A stretch of 64,000 nt of DNA. Origin: an uncultured Desulfobacter sp. GTDB lineage: Bacteria > Desulfobacterota > Desulfobacteria > Desulfobacterales > Desulfobacteraceae. The DNA is taken from assembly GCA_963665095.1 (NCBI GenBank), contig OY762069.1, positions 960,001 through 1,024,000 of the forward strand. The letters run 5' to 3'. This document shows positions 53,368 to 63,853 of the stretch, in pieces (the stretch's first letter is position 1; each line of letters begins with the position of its first letter). The notes beneath the pieces are model-generated. The model searched no databases. It was not told where the DNA came from and saw only the letters and a list, made by a program, of their open reading frames with translations. The translations under genes and the position numbers were made by a program.

Positions 53368-54105
53368 TTATTCAGGGATCGGCTCTGTTTCACCGGGCAG
53401 CCCCTTGAATACCTTTTTTTCAAAAAGTGCACCAGTGGGACAAACTTCGACGCACTGGCCGCAATGGGTGCAGGCGTCATAATTCACAATGGGGTACCAC
53501 CCCTCGGGATGATCTGCCCTGCGGCCAAAGGGTTCGGGTATGGCCAGGTTGACCTGGATTTCATTGCAGGCCTGGATGCACCGGCCGCAGCCAATACACC
53601 TTGAGTAGTCCCGGACAATCATGGGCGTGACGTCGTCCAGGGGATGGTCCTGCCAATTGAGATCCTTTTCAGTCACTTTAACATTGTACTCAATGGCAAG
53701 ATCCTGGAGTCTGCAATGTCCATAGGAGGGACAAAGGGTATCGTGCCAGGGCTGGGCCATGATATTCATCTGGTTATCTGTCCAGTCTTCCCAGGAGTCT
53801 TCCATCAGCAGACAGTTATGGGACCCTGAGGTAATCATCATTTCCAGAATGGTTCTCCTGGCCTCTTTAACCAGGGGGCTGTGGGTGAGAATAATCATGT
53901 TTTTTCCGGCTGGTGTCTCGCAGGCCGGCAGAAGCTCGGACGCACCTTTTACCTCCACCACACAAATCCTGCACTGGCCAGTAGGTGCGCACGGGGGCAG
54001 ATAGCACAAAGTGGGAATGTCAATATTATTTTCCCGGGCCACTTCCAGAATGGTTTGTCCCGGTTGAAAAGAAACCTTGTTGTTATTTATGGTCAGACAG
54101 GGCAT
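53368..54105 (-). CDS. 2Fe-2S + 4Fe-4S protein (stand-alone NuoG/FdhA N-terminal module)
   Basis: IPTLC..CRICVVEV..PAC, HNC..C..CRLQ, CIGCGRCIQAC, CTHCGQCVEVCPTGAL. Confidence 0.88.
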   Translation of the reverse strand: MPCLTINNNKVSFQPGQTILEVARENNIDIPTLCYLPPCAPTGQCRICVVEVKGASELLPACETPAGKNMIILTHSPLVKEARRTILEMMITSGSHNCLLMEDSWEDWTDNQMNIMAQPWHDTLCPSYGHCRLQDLAIEYNVKVTEKDLNWQDHPLDDVTPMIVRDYSRCIGCGRCIQACNEIQVNLAIPEPFGRRADHPEGWYPIVNYDACTHCGQCVEVCPTGALFEKKVFKGLPGETEPIPE

Positions 54106-54163
54106 TTGTCTTCCTTTCTATTAAATCATCAACTTTAAAGCATCAATGCCGCGGATATAAAAG

Positions 54164-56086
54164 CTATAGTGCTGCCAAGACAATACGGTAGCAGCGAAGG
54201 CATCGGGCTGCCTCGGTCCTTGCCGTGAACGTGGAAAACCCTTTTTCCACCTCTTCAAATCCTTTTATCCGCACATCAGGATCCATGACCGGTGCTTCGG
54301 CACGCAGGGTGCATCCGGGATAGGCAAATGGCGGGTCGGATTTAAAATGGGTCGGCGTGTCAATCAAATCCTGAATCATATCTTCGTCATCAGGTTGACA
54401 GGCTCCGGTGTCAAGGTACTGGATAATGGCCAGAGCCGCTTTTTTTCCGGCAGCCAGAGCTGCGATAAGGGTGCTGGGACCAGTGGCGCAGTCGCCGCCG
54501 CCAAAAAGATAGGGTATAGTTGACTGGCCTGTTTCATGATTGATGTTCAGGGTGTTCCACCTGCTTAGAATATCCTGATCATCGGACAGAAAGGTATCCA
54601 GCGTGCAAATTTGTCCAATGGCAGGAATAATGGCGTCACAGGGCATGACAAATTCAGACCCTTCCACCGGGATGGGCCGCCGCCGTCCGCTGTGGTCAGG
54701 TTCTCCCAGTTTCATTTTTATACATTCAAGGCCTGTGACCCGACCGTTTTCATCTGCCTTGATGCTGATGGGCGCCATAAGGACATGGAATGTCACCCCT
54801 TCCTCCTTGGCTTCCCTGATTTCATGGGGATCCGCCGGCATTTCTGCTTCCGTGCGGCGGTAGATCAGGTTGATATCAGTAAATCCCAGGCGCCGGGCTG
54901 TTCTCACACAATCCATGGCCACATTGCCACCGCCAATAACCGCTACCCGTTTTCCGTTCAGAGGCGTTTCTCCACGGCTGGCTTTGGCCAGAAAATCCAC
55001 GCCGGGCATAAAATTTTCATAGCCTGCATCTTCCCCCTCGCAGCGCATTTTAGCCGGTGCCGGTGCGCCTGCACCGACAAATACCGCTTTGTAACCCTGG
55101 TCAGCCAGACTCTCAAAAGAGATATCCTTTCCTATGGCAGTATTGTATTTTACCTCGGCACCCAGCGCCTTTACCATCTCCATTTCGTGGGCGATGACGT
55201 CCCTGGGCAGACGGTAGGACGGAATACCATAGGCAGCCATGCCGCCAGGCCCTTCCTGGGCTTCGAATATGGTGCTTTTAATGCCCTGTTTGCCCAGGTA
55301 ATAGGCACAGGAGATACCGGCAGGTCCGGCACCGACAACGGCCACCTTTTCCGGACGGGCCTCGGGAAGATCCTGTGCCGGTTCAAGCCGGCCTGCCATT
55401 TCCAAATCCCCCAGAAAGCGCTTCACCGCACGCACGGCCAACGGTGCGTCTAATTTGCCTCTGCGGCATGCAGCCTCACAGGGCCGGACACAGACCCGGC
55501 CAATGGTACCGGGCATAGGACATCTTTGCCTGACGATGTTCATGGCCTGGGACCAGTGTCCCATGCGGACATTTTCAAGATATGCCGGAATATCCACGTG
55601 GGCAGGGCAGGCCTGGATGCAGGGTGCGGTAACGATAGATGCATAGGTCTCACTGGCTTTTGTTGTTCTTCGAATGCCTTCTGCCGCCTCCATGAACTGG
55701 CCCTTAAACTGGTCCATTAAGTCCAGTACCGGCTTGGCCAGTGTCCTGCCAATGTCGCACCGGGCTGTTATAGCAATTTGGTTTGCCAGGTGACGTATCC
55801 GGTCAAGATCCTCAACTTTGCCCTCTCCCTTGACCAAGTCAGCAGAAAGTGTTGCCAGCCGTGCTGTTCCAAGACGGCAGGGGGTACACTGGCCGCAGGA
55901 TTCTTCTGCGGCCTTTTTCAGATATGCCGCTAAAAGGCAGACCGGGTCTATCCGGCCATCCCAGATTTTGATGCCATCCCACCCCATGATCGCTTTGGGA
56001 GTTTTGGGCCATTGTTCTGAATTAAAGACAGACAGATCCAGTTCCTGTCCGTCACCGCCCCAGGTGTCTATGACTGGATTACTCAT
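54164..56086 (-). CDS. NuoF-C (4Fe-4S) + GltD/SfrB-like FAD/NAD(P) oxidoreductase
   Basis: ESCGQCTPCRLG..C, APCIQACP, GRVCVRPCE, GAGPAG, GGGNVAMD, EAARCLRC. Confidence 0.9.
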   Translation of the reverse strand: MSNPVIDTWGGDGQELDLSVFNSEQWPKTPKAIMGWDGIKIWDGRIDPVCLLAAYLKKAAEESCGQCTPCRLGTARLATLSADLVKGEGKVEDLDRIRHLANQIAITARCDIGRTLAKPVLDLMDQFKGQFMEAAEGIRRTTKASETYASIVTAPCIQACPAHVDIPAYLENVRMGHWSQAMNIVRQRCPMPGTIGRVCVRPCEAACRRGKLDAPLAVRAVKRFLGDLEMAGRLEPAQDLPEARPEKVAVVGAGPAGISCAYYLGKQGIKSTIFEAQEGPGGMAAYGIPSYRLPRDVIAHEMEMVKALGAEVKYNTAIGKDISFESLADQGYKAVFVGAGAPAPAKMRCEGEDAGYENFMPGVDFLAKASRGETPLNGKRVAVIGGGNVAMDCVRTARRLGFTDINLIYRRTEAEMPADPHEIREAKEEGVTFHVLMAPISIKADENGRVTGLECIKMKLGEPDHSGRRRPIPVEGSEFVMPCDAIIPAIGQICTLDTFLSDDQDILSRWNTLNINHETGQSTIPYLFGGGDCATGPSTLIAALAAGKKAALAIIQYLDTGACQPDDEDMIQDLIDTPTHFKSDPPFAYPGCTLRAEAPVMDPDVRIKGFEEVEKGFSTFTARTEAARCLRCYRIVLAAL

Positions 56087-56598
56087 AAATGCTCCTTTTA
56101 TATAATCGCCTTATCTTCCGGATAACTATTTTGTATGCTGCAGGACAAAACCTGAAAGATAATGCATGGACCCCATCCTAAATGTATTACAACGAATAGT
56201 CTTGAAACCTGAATATGTTAAAAGACCGTTTTTGTCAAACAATATGCAGGCAGAATAGCGTTTTCATTCAATTGAAATTCAAGACAGGTTAAATCGCACC
56301 TATTTAACGTTAACAGCCTTTCCGGAAATGGAATGCCATCCATACAAGTCCTTCCGGTACCTGGGAGGAAAAATAAAAGCAGTCTGTTAGAAGTGGATTT
56401 CTTCTTGCACCAGATCCCATAAATGGCGTATTCTACGACCACAGAATATTTGAGTTGAAGCAGTATTATTTGTAATAAACTGATTTTTTGTCAAAATTTC
56501 CCTGCCCATAAAGACTTTCGCATCAAATTATCCGGTACAGTCGCCGGTTGAAAAGATATTATTCTGGCATTATGCCGAAAGAGAGGTGTCCATTGAAA

Positions 56599-58023
56599 AT
56601 GCGTAAAACAAAGATTGTTGCCACCATATCCAACCTGAACTGTTCGGTGGAATTTATTGACAGGCTTTACAAGGCCGGTATCAATGTGGTGCGCCTGAAT
56701 ACCGCGCATATGACCCATGATGATGCCATGGAAGTCATTGAAAACACCCGTAAAGTATCGGACAAGATTGGCATCCTGCTGGATACCAAGGGGCCTGAAA
56801 TCAGAACCTGTGACGCGGAAGAACCATTGTCAGTTTCCCATGGGGACTACATCCGCATCAAAGGCAAGGCAGGTGGTATTTCCAGAGGTGACCTTATCTA
56901 TGTCTCCTATCCCCATTTTGTGAATGATGTGCCGGTTGGGTCGTCTATTCTGATTGACGACGGGTGCATTGCTCTGGCTGTGGAAAAAAAGGAGGATGAC
57001 TGCCTGGTCTGCAGTGTGGAAAATGACGGGGTGATTTATCCAAGGAAAAGTATCAACATTCCTTCGGTCCACGTCAAATTGCCGGCCTTGAGTGAAAAGG
57101 ACAGAAACTTTATTGCCTTTGCCGCTGACCAGGATCTTGATTTTATTGCCCACTCATTTGTCCGGAATAAAGAGGATGTGATTGCCGTTCAAAAAATTCT
57201 TGACGAAAAAAAATCTCCCATAAAAATTATTGCTAAAATAGAGAATGCCCAGGGTGTGGAAAACCTGAAGGAAATATTGGAATATGCCTATGGGGTAATG
57301 ATTGCCAGGGGGGATCTGGCCGTTGAAATCCCAACGGAGAGAATTCCATTGATCCAGAAACAGATGGTCAGCACCTGTGTGGAGTTAAGAAAACCGGTTA
57401 TTGTTGCCACCCAGATGCTGCACTCCATGATCAAGTCCCCAAGGCCCACCCGGGCCGAGGTCTCTGATGTGGCCAATGCCTGCCTTGACCATGCTGACGC
57501 ACTGATGCTGTCAGGTGAAACGGCCAATGGGAAATATCCTGAAGTCGCCGTTCGGACCATGGCCAAAATTGCCCAGGAGGTGGAGGAAAAGAGAAGCTCA
57601 TTTATTGATGTGCCCTATTCAAGCGAAGACAAGCTTACAGACTATCTTGCCAAGGCAGCAGTAAAGTCGGGTTTGCGGCTGAACACCAAAGGGATTGTGG
57701 CGGACTCCCTATCCGGAAAATCAATTCTGGCTCTGGCAGCCTACAGGGGGGATAATCCCATCTACGCCCAGGTATATGACAGAAGGGTCATGCGCCTGTT
57801 GTCTCTGTCTTTCGGTGTGTTTCCCGATTATATTCCCCTAGATGCCAGTTCAAGGGATTCGGTTGAAAAATCCATCTGCCGGCTGGTTGAGGAAAAATGG
57901 TTCAAAGATGAGGATCTCATCATTGTCCTGGCCGGCAGTTTCGGCCCGGAGCAGGGTGCCTCTTTTATTGAGATCAGTACTGCCAGACGTTTCAGTGATC
58001 AGTGTACCCTGGAGGCTGAATAA
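56599..58023 (+). CDS. pyk: pyruvate kinase
   Basis: RKTKIVAT, DTKGPEIRT, IIAKIEN, ARGDL, ATQML, PTRAEVSDVANA, LSGETANG. Confidence 0.97.
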   Translation: MRKTKIVATISNLNCSVEFIDRLYKAGINVVRLNTAHMTHDDAMEVIENTRKVSDKIGILLDTKGPEIRTCDAEEPLSVSHGDYIRIKGKAGGISRGDLIYVSYPHFVNDVPVGSSILIDDGCIALAVEKKEDDCLVCSVENDGVIYPRKSINIPSVHVKLPALSEKDRNFIAFAADQDLDFIAHSFVRNKEDVIAVQKILDEKKSPIKIIAKIENAQGVENLKEILEYAYGVMIARGDLAVEIPTERIPLIQKQMVSTCVELRKPVIVATQMLHSMIKSPRPTRAEVSDVANACLDHADALMLSGETANGKYPEVAVRTMAKIAQEVEEKRSSFIDVPYSSEDKLTDYLAKAAVKSGLRLNTKGIVADSLSGKSILALAAYRGDNPIYAQVYDRRVMRLLSLSFGVFPDYIPLDASSRDSVEKSICRLVEEKWFKDEDLIIVLAGSFGPEQGASFIEISTARRFSDQCTLEAE

Positions 58024-58028
58024 CGGAA

Positions 58029-58769
58029 CTACTCTTTTTTCTGATGGGACAGGATGTATTCAAACTCTTCAGGATAGTGTTTTTTTAAGCATTCCGGGCA
58101 GACACTGTGTGTGATGTCTGCCTGGGAATGCTTGTCAATATAGATATCCACCTGCTCCCAGTTACCCTTGTCGTCTCTGATTTTTTTACAAAAAGAACAT
58201 AATGGCAGGATGCCCCGCAGGGTTTTAATTTCTGACAAAGATTCCTGCAATTGATTTATCAATGCCTCACGTTCTTTATCCGCGCGTTTCTTCCAGGTAA
58301 TATCCCGGCAGATACAAAAAATCAGTTTTCTGCCTCTGTAAACACCGCCGTTATTGCTCAGTTGGATGTCTAAAAGGGCACCATTCTTACGGCGATGAAC
58401 GGTTTCAAACAGGGCACCATGGTGATTGACTTCTTTGATCAGCTTAAGAATCTGCTCCTTGGATAGCAGGGCGTCCCAGTCCCAGGCATAAAGATTGCGT
58501 ACCTCGTCCATGGTAAATCCCAGCATCTGGGCAAAGCGTTGATTTGCTTCAACAACCTTGCCTTTCTCGTCAAGAATGACAATGGGATCCCTGGACTCTT
58601 CAACCAGCATGCGGCGCCATTGAATTTCATCTTCAAGCAGGGCCTGGGAAGCCTTGAGTTCAGTTTCAAGATTTTCCAGTTCACGAATTCTATTTTTCAA
58701 TTCAGATAAAGTTGCTTTTTCAGATATGGCACTTTCCGATTGAAGAGAAATCACAACGCCCCCTACCAT
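58029..58769 (-). CDS. coiled-coil + PAS + C-terminal Cys/His Zn-finger protein
   Basis: PAS (ANQRFAQMLGFT..CRDITWKK); LPLCSFCKKIRDDKGNW..HSVCPEC. Confidence 0.85.
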   Translation of the reverse strand: MVGGVVISLQSESAISEKATLSELKNRIRELENLETELKASQALLEDEIQWRRMLVEESRDPIVILDEKGKVVEANQRFAQMLGFTMDEVRNLYAWDWDALLSKEQILKLIKEVNHHGALFETVHRRKNGALLDIQLSNNGGVYRGRKLIFCICRDITWKKRADKEREALINQLQESLSEIKTLRGILPLCSFCKKIRDDKGNWEQVDIYIDKHSQADITHSVCPECLKKHYPEEFEYILSHQKKE

Positions 58770-58899
58770 AGGTAATTGATATGTTATGCAATCCAGGGGT
58801 TATATGTTCTTAGCACATTAAAAGTCAAGTCTTGAATTGCTAACTAAAATTCTAACAAGAACCCATGATTATGAGGCGTTACATGAGACTGGCAACCAT

Positions 58900-59808
58900 T
58901 CAACCGGTTTCATCCATGAGGTTTTGGGCGTTGTAGGAAGATCGAACATGGGGGCCGCAGGCGATTTTTTTAAAGCCGGTTTGCCTGGCCAAGGTTTCAA
59001 GTATTTCAAACTGCTCAGGAGCGTAATAGGTGACCACGGGCAGATGCGTTTTTGTGGGCTGGAGATACTGGCCTATGGTTAAAATTTCGCATCCATGCTC
59101 CCGCAGGTCTGCCATGGTATCGGTAAGCTGTGCCATGGTTTCGCCTAACCCCACCATAATACCTGATTTGACCGGGATATGCGGGGTCATCTGCCGGGCA
59201 CGGGCAAGAAGATCTAAAGAACGCTGGTAATTCGCCTGGGGCCGGACCTTTGCATATAGAGACGGTACGGTTTCGACGTTGTGGTTCAGCACGTCAGGGC
59301 CTGCATCCAGCACGGTTTTTAACGCTGCTTTATCCCCTTGGAAATCCGGGATCAATACTTCCACCCGGGCGGAGGTGTCTGGGCTGTTTTTCAAGGTGTT
59401 ATCTGTCACAATTTCTTTAATGGCGGTGATGGTGCGGGCAAACTGGCCTGCGCCGCCATCAGAAAGATCATCCCGGGTGACCGAGGTGACAACCACATAG
59501 GTAAGGCCAAGCGCTTGCGCTGCCCGGGCCACCCGTATAGGTTCCTGTTCATCCACAGGCTCCGGATCAAGGTTTGTAATATTGCAGAACCGGCAGTTGC
59601 GGGTGCATTGGGCGCCTAAAATCATAAAGGTGGCAGTATGTTTTGAAAAACATTCAAACAGATTGGGACAGTTGGCTTCCTGGCAGACCGTATGCAGCCG
59701 GGACCTGTTGAGAAGTCTTGTTACACGCTGGTACTCACCACCCCGGGGAAGCCTTTTTTTCAGCCAGGCAGGTTTGGGCTGATATTTGGGTTCAGTATCA
59801 CAGATCAT
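58900..59808 (-). CDS. lipA: lipoyl synthase
   Basis: CQEANCPNLFEC, CTRNCRFC, HNVETV, GQYLQP, VRSSY. Confidence 0.96.
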   Translation of the reverse strand: MICDTEPKYQPKPAWLKKRLPRGGEYQRVTRLLNRSRLHTVCQEANCPNLFECFSKHTATFMILGAQCTRNCRFCNITNLDPEPVDEQEPIRVARAAQALGLTYVVVTSVTRDDLSDGGAGQFARTITAIKEIVTDNTLKNSPDTSARVEVLIPDFQGDKAALKTVLDAGPDVLNHNVETVPSLYAKVRPQANYQRSLDLLARARQMTPHIPVKSGIMVGLGETMAQLTDTMADLREHGCEILTIGQYLQPTKTHLPVVTYYAPEQFEILETLARQTGFKKIACGPHVRSSYNAQNLMDETG

Positions 59809-60533
59809 AATATAACTTCCGAAAGCGTACATTCAAACATAGTGGAAAAGGCCTCTAACAGCAGTTGCCGGGTGTTGTTAAAAATCTGGGAGCCCTTAGA
59901 TAAAGCATTTCCGGTATTGATGCCATCGCTTTTTTGCATATACAACTCATGGGCCACCGAAGTCATTTCAATGTGTTCAAGACCGCAGGGGTTGATCCAT
60001 GAAAAAGGGGTAAGATCCAGTGTCACATTCAGGGCAAGTCCATGAATGCTGATGCCTTTTTTCAGCGCAATTCCCACAGAACCAATTTTTTTTTCCCCCA
60101 CCCACAGCCCGTGGTTTCTCTCGTCCCTGTCTGCCTTAACATTTAATCTGTTACAGACTAATTTCATCATCTCTTCCAGACACCATACAAAATCAGGCAC
60201 TGATATTTTTCTTTTTTTCAGATCCATGACCGGATAAACCACAGCCTGACCCGGCCCATGAAAGGTAATATTCCCGCCCCGGTCTGTCTGGATCACCTGG
60301 ATATTTTCTTTTTTTAAAAAGTCCCGGGACACCATCAGATTCTTCAGTCCCCCCCGCCGCCCAAGGGTAAAGACGGCCGGGTGCTGGACAAAAAAAATCC
60401 TGTCAGACACAGTGCGGTCAAGCAGCTTTTTTTCAAGCAGCTGTTTTTGAATATCAAGCGCCCGGGCATATTCCAGAATGCCTAAATCCTGAAATTCACA
60501 CGGACGTTTGATTTTTACTGCTGTTACGGTCAT
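59805..60533 (-). CDS. lipB: octanoyltransferase
   Basis: QHPAVFTLG, DRGGNITFHGPGQ, KIGSVG, HGLALN, INPCG. Confidence 0.95.
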   Translation of the reverse strand: MTVTAVKIKRPCEFQDLGILEYARALDIQKQLLEKKLLDRTVSDRIFFVQHPAVFTLGRRGGLKNLMVSRDFLKKENIQVIQTDRGGNITFHGPGQAVVYPVMDLKKRKISVPDFVWCLEEMMKLVCNRLNVKADRDERNHGLWVGEKKIGSVGIALKKGISIHGLALNVTLDLTPFSWINPCGLEHIEMTSVAHELYMQKSDGINTGNALSKGSQIFNNTRQLLLEAFSTMFECTLSEVIL

Positions 60534-60580
60534 ATGCGATTCTTTGGTGCCCCCCCTCACACAAGGCAGCCGGGCACAAG

Positions 60581-62035
60581 TTATCCTTTCAGTATGGGTT
60601 TGCGCGCTGCCGCCACCTCATCCAGACGGGTGACCTTTGGCAGATGGGGCGCGGTTTTAAGTATCTCCGGCGAATCAGACGCTTCTTTGACAATGGCTTT
60701 TACAGCTTCAATGAACTGGTCAATATCCTCTTTGGACTCTGTTTCCGTGGGCTCAACCATAAAGGCAGAATCCACCACCAGGGGAAAGTAGACCGTGGGA
60801 GGATGAAACCCGTAATCCAGAAGGCGCTTGGCAAGATCCATGGTGGTAATGTGGTTGTCATGAACGGTTTTATCCGTAAATACGCATTCATGCATGCATG
60901 GCCGGTCATAGGGAAGATGCAAAATATCTTTCAAGCTCTCCTTGATATAGTTGGCATTAAGTACTGCCAGATCGGAAGCGCGCTTCAGTCCTTGTGCACC
61001 CATGGAAAGAATATATGAATAGGCTCTGACCATAACTCCGAAATGGCCGTAAAAGGTGTGCATCCGACCGATGGTATCCTTAAAGTCAGATACCAGGCAG
61101 TAGGCATCATTGGTCTTAATCACCCTTGGAATGGGCAGAAAGGGGGCCAGCTTTTTGGTAACTGCCACAGGGCCTGCCCCTGGACCGCCACCGCCATGGG
61201 GAGTGGAAAAGGTTTTATGCAGATTAAGATGAAGGACATCAATGCCGAGTTCCCCGGGCCTGACCACCCCCATGATGGCATTCATATTGGCCCCATCCCC
61301 GTACACCAGACCACCTTTGGCGTGGACAATTTCACAGACCTCTTTGATATTTTCCTCAAAAAGCCCAAGGGTATTGGGGTTGGTGATCATGATACCGGCT
61401 GTCTCCTCATCCATGGCTGCTTTCACCGTATCCGGGTCAAGAATGCCTTTATCCCCGGATTTGATATTCACAGACCTGTACCCGCATAAACTGGCAGATG
61501 CCGGGTTGGTGCCGTGGGCTGTGTCCGGAATCAGAATTTTGGATCGCTGGCGGCCTTGTTTTTCATGCCAGGCATGAATTACAAGCATGCCGGTGAGTTC
61601 TCCGTGGGCCCCGGCTGCCGGCTGCAAGGTAGCGGCCTGAAACCCTGTGATGTCACAAAGTGCCTGCTCCAGTTCATACATCAGCTTCAGCGCCCCCTGG
61701 GAAAATTGATCACCCGCCAGGGGGTGGGCTTTGGCAAAGCCCGGCCGGGCCGCCTGCACCTCATTGGTTTTGGGATTATATTTCATGGTGCATGAGCCTA
61801 AGGGGTACATGCCGGAATCCACACCAAAATTCCATTGGGAAAGACGGGTGAAGTGACGGACAACATCAAGTTCGCTCAGTTCCGGAAGTTCAGGCCCTTG
61901 GCCTGTCAGTTCCGGATCAAGAGAGGACGTGGGCACATCGGTTTCAGGCAATGAAATAGCACACCGGCCTTTCCGGCTCTTTTCCCACAGTTCCGGTTCA
62001 TTAAAAATAAGGCCTGTCGTACCTGGACGGGTCAT
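60581..62035 (-). CDS. gcvPB: glycine dehydrogenase subunit 2
   Basis: YPLGSCTMKYNP, AHGTNPAS, LNLHKTFSTPHGGGGPG. Confidence 0.97.
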   Translation of the reverse strand: MTRPGTTGLIFNEPELWEKSRKGRCAISLPETDVPTSSLDPELTGQGPELPELSELDVVRHFTRLSQWNFGVDSGMYPLGSCTMKYNPKTNEVQAARPGFAKAHPLAGDQFSQGALKLMYELEQALCDITGFQAATLQPAAGAHGELTGMLVIHAWHEKQGRQRSKILIPDTAHGTNPASASLCGYRSVNIKSGDKGILDPDTVKAAMDEETAGIMITNPNTLGLFEENIKEVCEIVHAKGGLVYGDGANMNAIMGVVRPGELGIDVLHLNLHKTFSTPHGGGGPGAGPVAVTKKLAPFLPIPRVIKTNDAYCLVSDFKDTIGRMHTFYGHFGVMVRAYSYILSMGAQGLKRASDLAVLNANYIKESLKDILHLPYDRPCMHECVFTDKTVHDNHITTMDLAKRLLDYGFHPPTVYFPLVVDSAFMVEPTETESKEDIDQFIEAVKAIVKEASDSPEILKTAPHLPKVTRLDEVAAARKPILKG

Positions 62036-63369
62036 GATTGCACCTCCTTTGCCAGAAAATCCATGGACTCTTTGGATACGGTTTCTGTGGCGCAGAAAAG
62101 ATAGTGGTCTTTCAATTCCGGATAAAAGGGTTCAATGGGAATGCCTGCAAATACCGCATGGTTTTCAGCAAGCGTCCTCCTTTTATCCTTGAACCCATTG
62201 GGCGCTTTCAGAATAAATTCATTGAAAAAGGGCTGGTCTGATACCGGTTCAAACCCGGCATTGACCAGTATGTTTTTAAGGTAGACGGCCTTGTCGTGAT
62301 TGATCTGGGCGATCTGTCTGATGCCGGTTTTTCCTGCAGTTGAAAGATAAATCGCCGCTGTCATGGCATTCAGTCCGTTGTTGGAACAGATGTTGGATGA
62401 GGCTTTTTCCCGCCGGATATGCTGTTCACGGGTGGCAAGGGTCAGGACATATCCCTTTCTGCCCTCGGCATCCATGGTTTTCCCCACAAGACGTCCGGGA
62501 AGGTTTCTCATCAGTGCCCTGGTACCTGCAAGCAGTCCAAGTCCGGGCCCGCCAAAGCTTTTGGCAATGCCAAGACTTTGTCCCTCTCCGGCCACAAGGT
62601 CAGCCCCGAAAGAACCTGGACTTTTCAAAAGGCCATATGCCATGGCTTCAGTAAAGGAGGTAATGAACAGGCAGTTTTTTTCATCAGAAACGGCTTTAAA
62701 CGCCTTGAGATCCTCAATGTTTCCAAAAAAATTGGGGGACTGGATTGCCACCCCGGCCACCTGTTCCATGGCTTGAAAAGCTGACACATCGGTTTTACCG
62801 TTTTTATCGGCGGGAATTTCAAGGATACTGTATCCTGCCGGGGAAAGGTACGTCTGCATGATCTGCCGGTGGAAAGGATGAATCAGGCTGGATACGGCAA
62901 TTTTGTCAGCATCCCTGGACTTTCGCAGCGCGATAAGCGCACATTCAGCCAGGGCGGTTCCGCCGTCATAGTGGGAAGCTGTGGCAATGTCCATACCCAC
63001 AAGCCGGGTAATCATGGTTTGAAATTCATAAATGCCCTGCAGGGTTCCCTGACTGACTTCAGGCTGGTAAGGGGTATAGGCTGTCATGAACTCCGACCGG
63101 GAGACAAGATAGGGCACAATGGCTGGAATGTAATGGTCATAGGAGCCTGCCCCGATAAAGCAGGTACATCCTTTGCCGGCAACGTTGGATAAGGAAAGTT
63201 TTTCCATCCCGGTATTAAGCTCCCATTCGCTCAATCCCTTACCAAGGTTCAGCCCTGTCTTGGTTTTCAGGGTATCAGGAATGGTGTTGAACAATTGATC
63301 CAGGCCTGAATATCCGATTTTTTCCAGCATCTGGTCAATGTCTTCTCCTGTATGCGGCAGGTAACGCAT
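62032..63369 (-). CDS. gcvPA: glycine dehydrogenase subunit 1
   Basis: TAYTPYQPEVSQG, TREQHIRREKASSNICSN. Confidence 0.97.
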   Translation of the reverse strand: MRYLPHTGEDIDQMLEKIGYSGLDQLFNTIPDTLKTKTGLNLGKGLSEWELNTGMEKLSLSNVAGKGCTCFIGAGSYDHYIPAIVPYLVSRSEFMTAYTPYQPEVSQGTLQGIYEFQTMITRLVGMDIATASHYDGGTALAECALIALRKSRDADKIAVSSLIHPFHRQIMQTYLSPAGYSILEIPADKNGKTDVSAFQAMEQVAGVAIQSPNFFGNIEDLKAFKAVSDEKNCLFITSFTEAMAYGLLKSPGSFGADLVAGEGQSLGIAKSFGGPGLGLLAGTRALMRNLPGRLVGKTMDAEGRKGYVLTLATREQHIRREKASSNICSNNGLNAMTAAIYLSTAGKTGIRQIAQINHDKAVYLKNILVNAGFEPVSDQPFFNEFILKAPNGFKDKRRTLAENHAVFAGIPIEPFYPELKDHYLFCATETVSKESMDFLAKEVQS

Positions 63370-63374
63370 GATAT

Positions 63375-63773
63375 TTATCCTTTCAACATGTCAAGGTAAG
63401 CGCTTTTGTCTTTAAGGCTGTCCATCTGGGAAAGGTCTTCAGGTTCAATTTTAACCAGCCAGCCTTTTTCGTAGCAGTCTGTATTGACAAGTTCAGGTGC
63501 GTCTTCAAGATCGGGATTGATCTCAACAATCCTGCCAGCCACAGGCAGAAAGATCTCAGATACCGCTTTTACAGATTCCACACTGCCAAACTCATCACCC
63601 TGGCCAAAGGAATCTCCGGGTTCCGGCAGTTCCACAAACACAATTTCACCCAGCTGGTCCTGGGCGTAGTCTGACAGGCCCACGATGACAAGATCTTTGT
63701 CAACCTTTGCCCACTCATGGTCATCCGTGTATCTGACATCCCCCGGGAAATTAAGTTCATCCAAAGATTTCAT
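63375..63773 (-). CDS. gcvH: glycine cleavage H protein
   Basis: DHEW, YAQDQLGEIVFVELP, ESVKAVSE (lipoyl lysine). Confidence 0.97.
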   Translation of the reverse strand: MKSLDELNFPGDVRYTDDHEWAKVDKDLVIVGLSDYAQDQLGEIVFVELPEPGDSFGQGDEFGSVESVKAVSEIFLPVAGRIVEINPDLEDAPELVNTDCYEKGWLVKIEPEDLSQMDSLKDKSAYLDMLKG

Positions 63774-63853
63774 GTTGCCTCCTTTTATTGCAATGTGTGA
63801 CCGTTATTTTTGTGTCCGTTCGGAAACCGGGCAATCCTGTTTCCGGCAGGACA

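Noticed and set aside
53340..53370. Selenocysteine read-through extending the Fe-S protein into a formate dehydrogenase
   Set aside because: The stop codon is TAA, and holA occupies the downstream space.
56100..56590. ncRNA or small gene in the 500-nt divergent spacer before pyk
   Set aside because: Only short weak palindromes and ORFs without motifs; it is consistent with two promoters.
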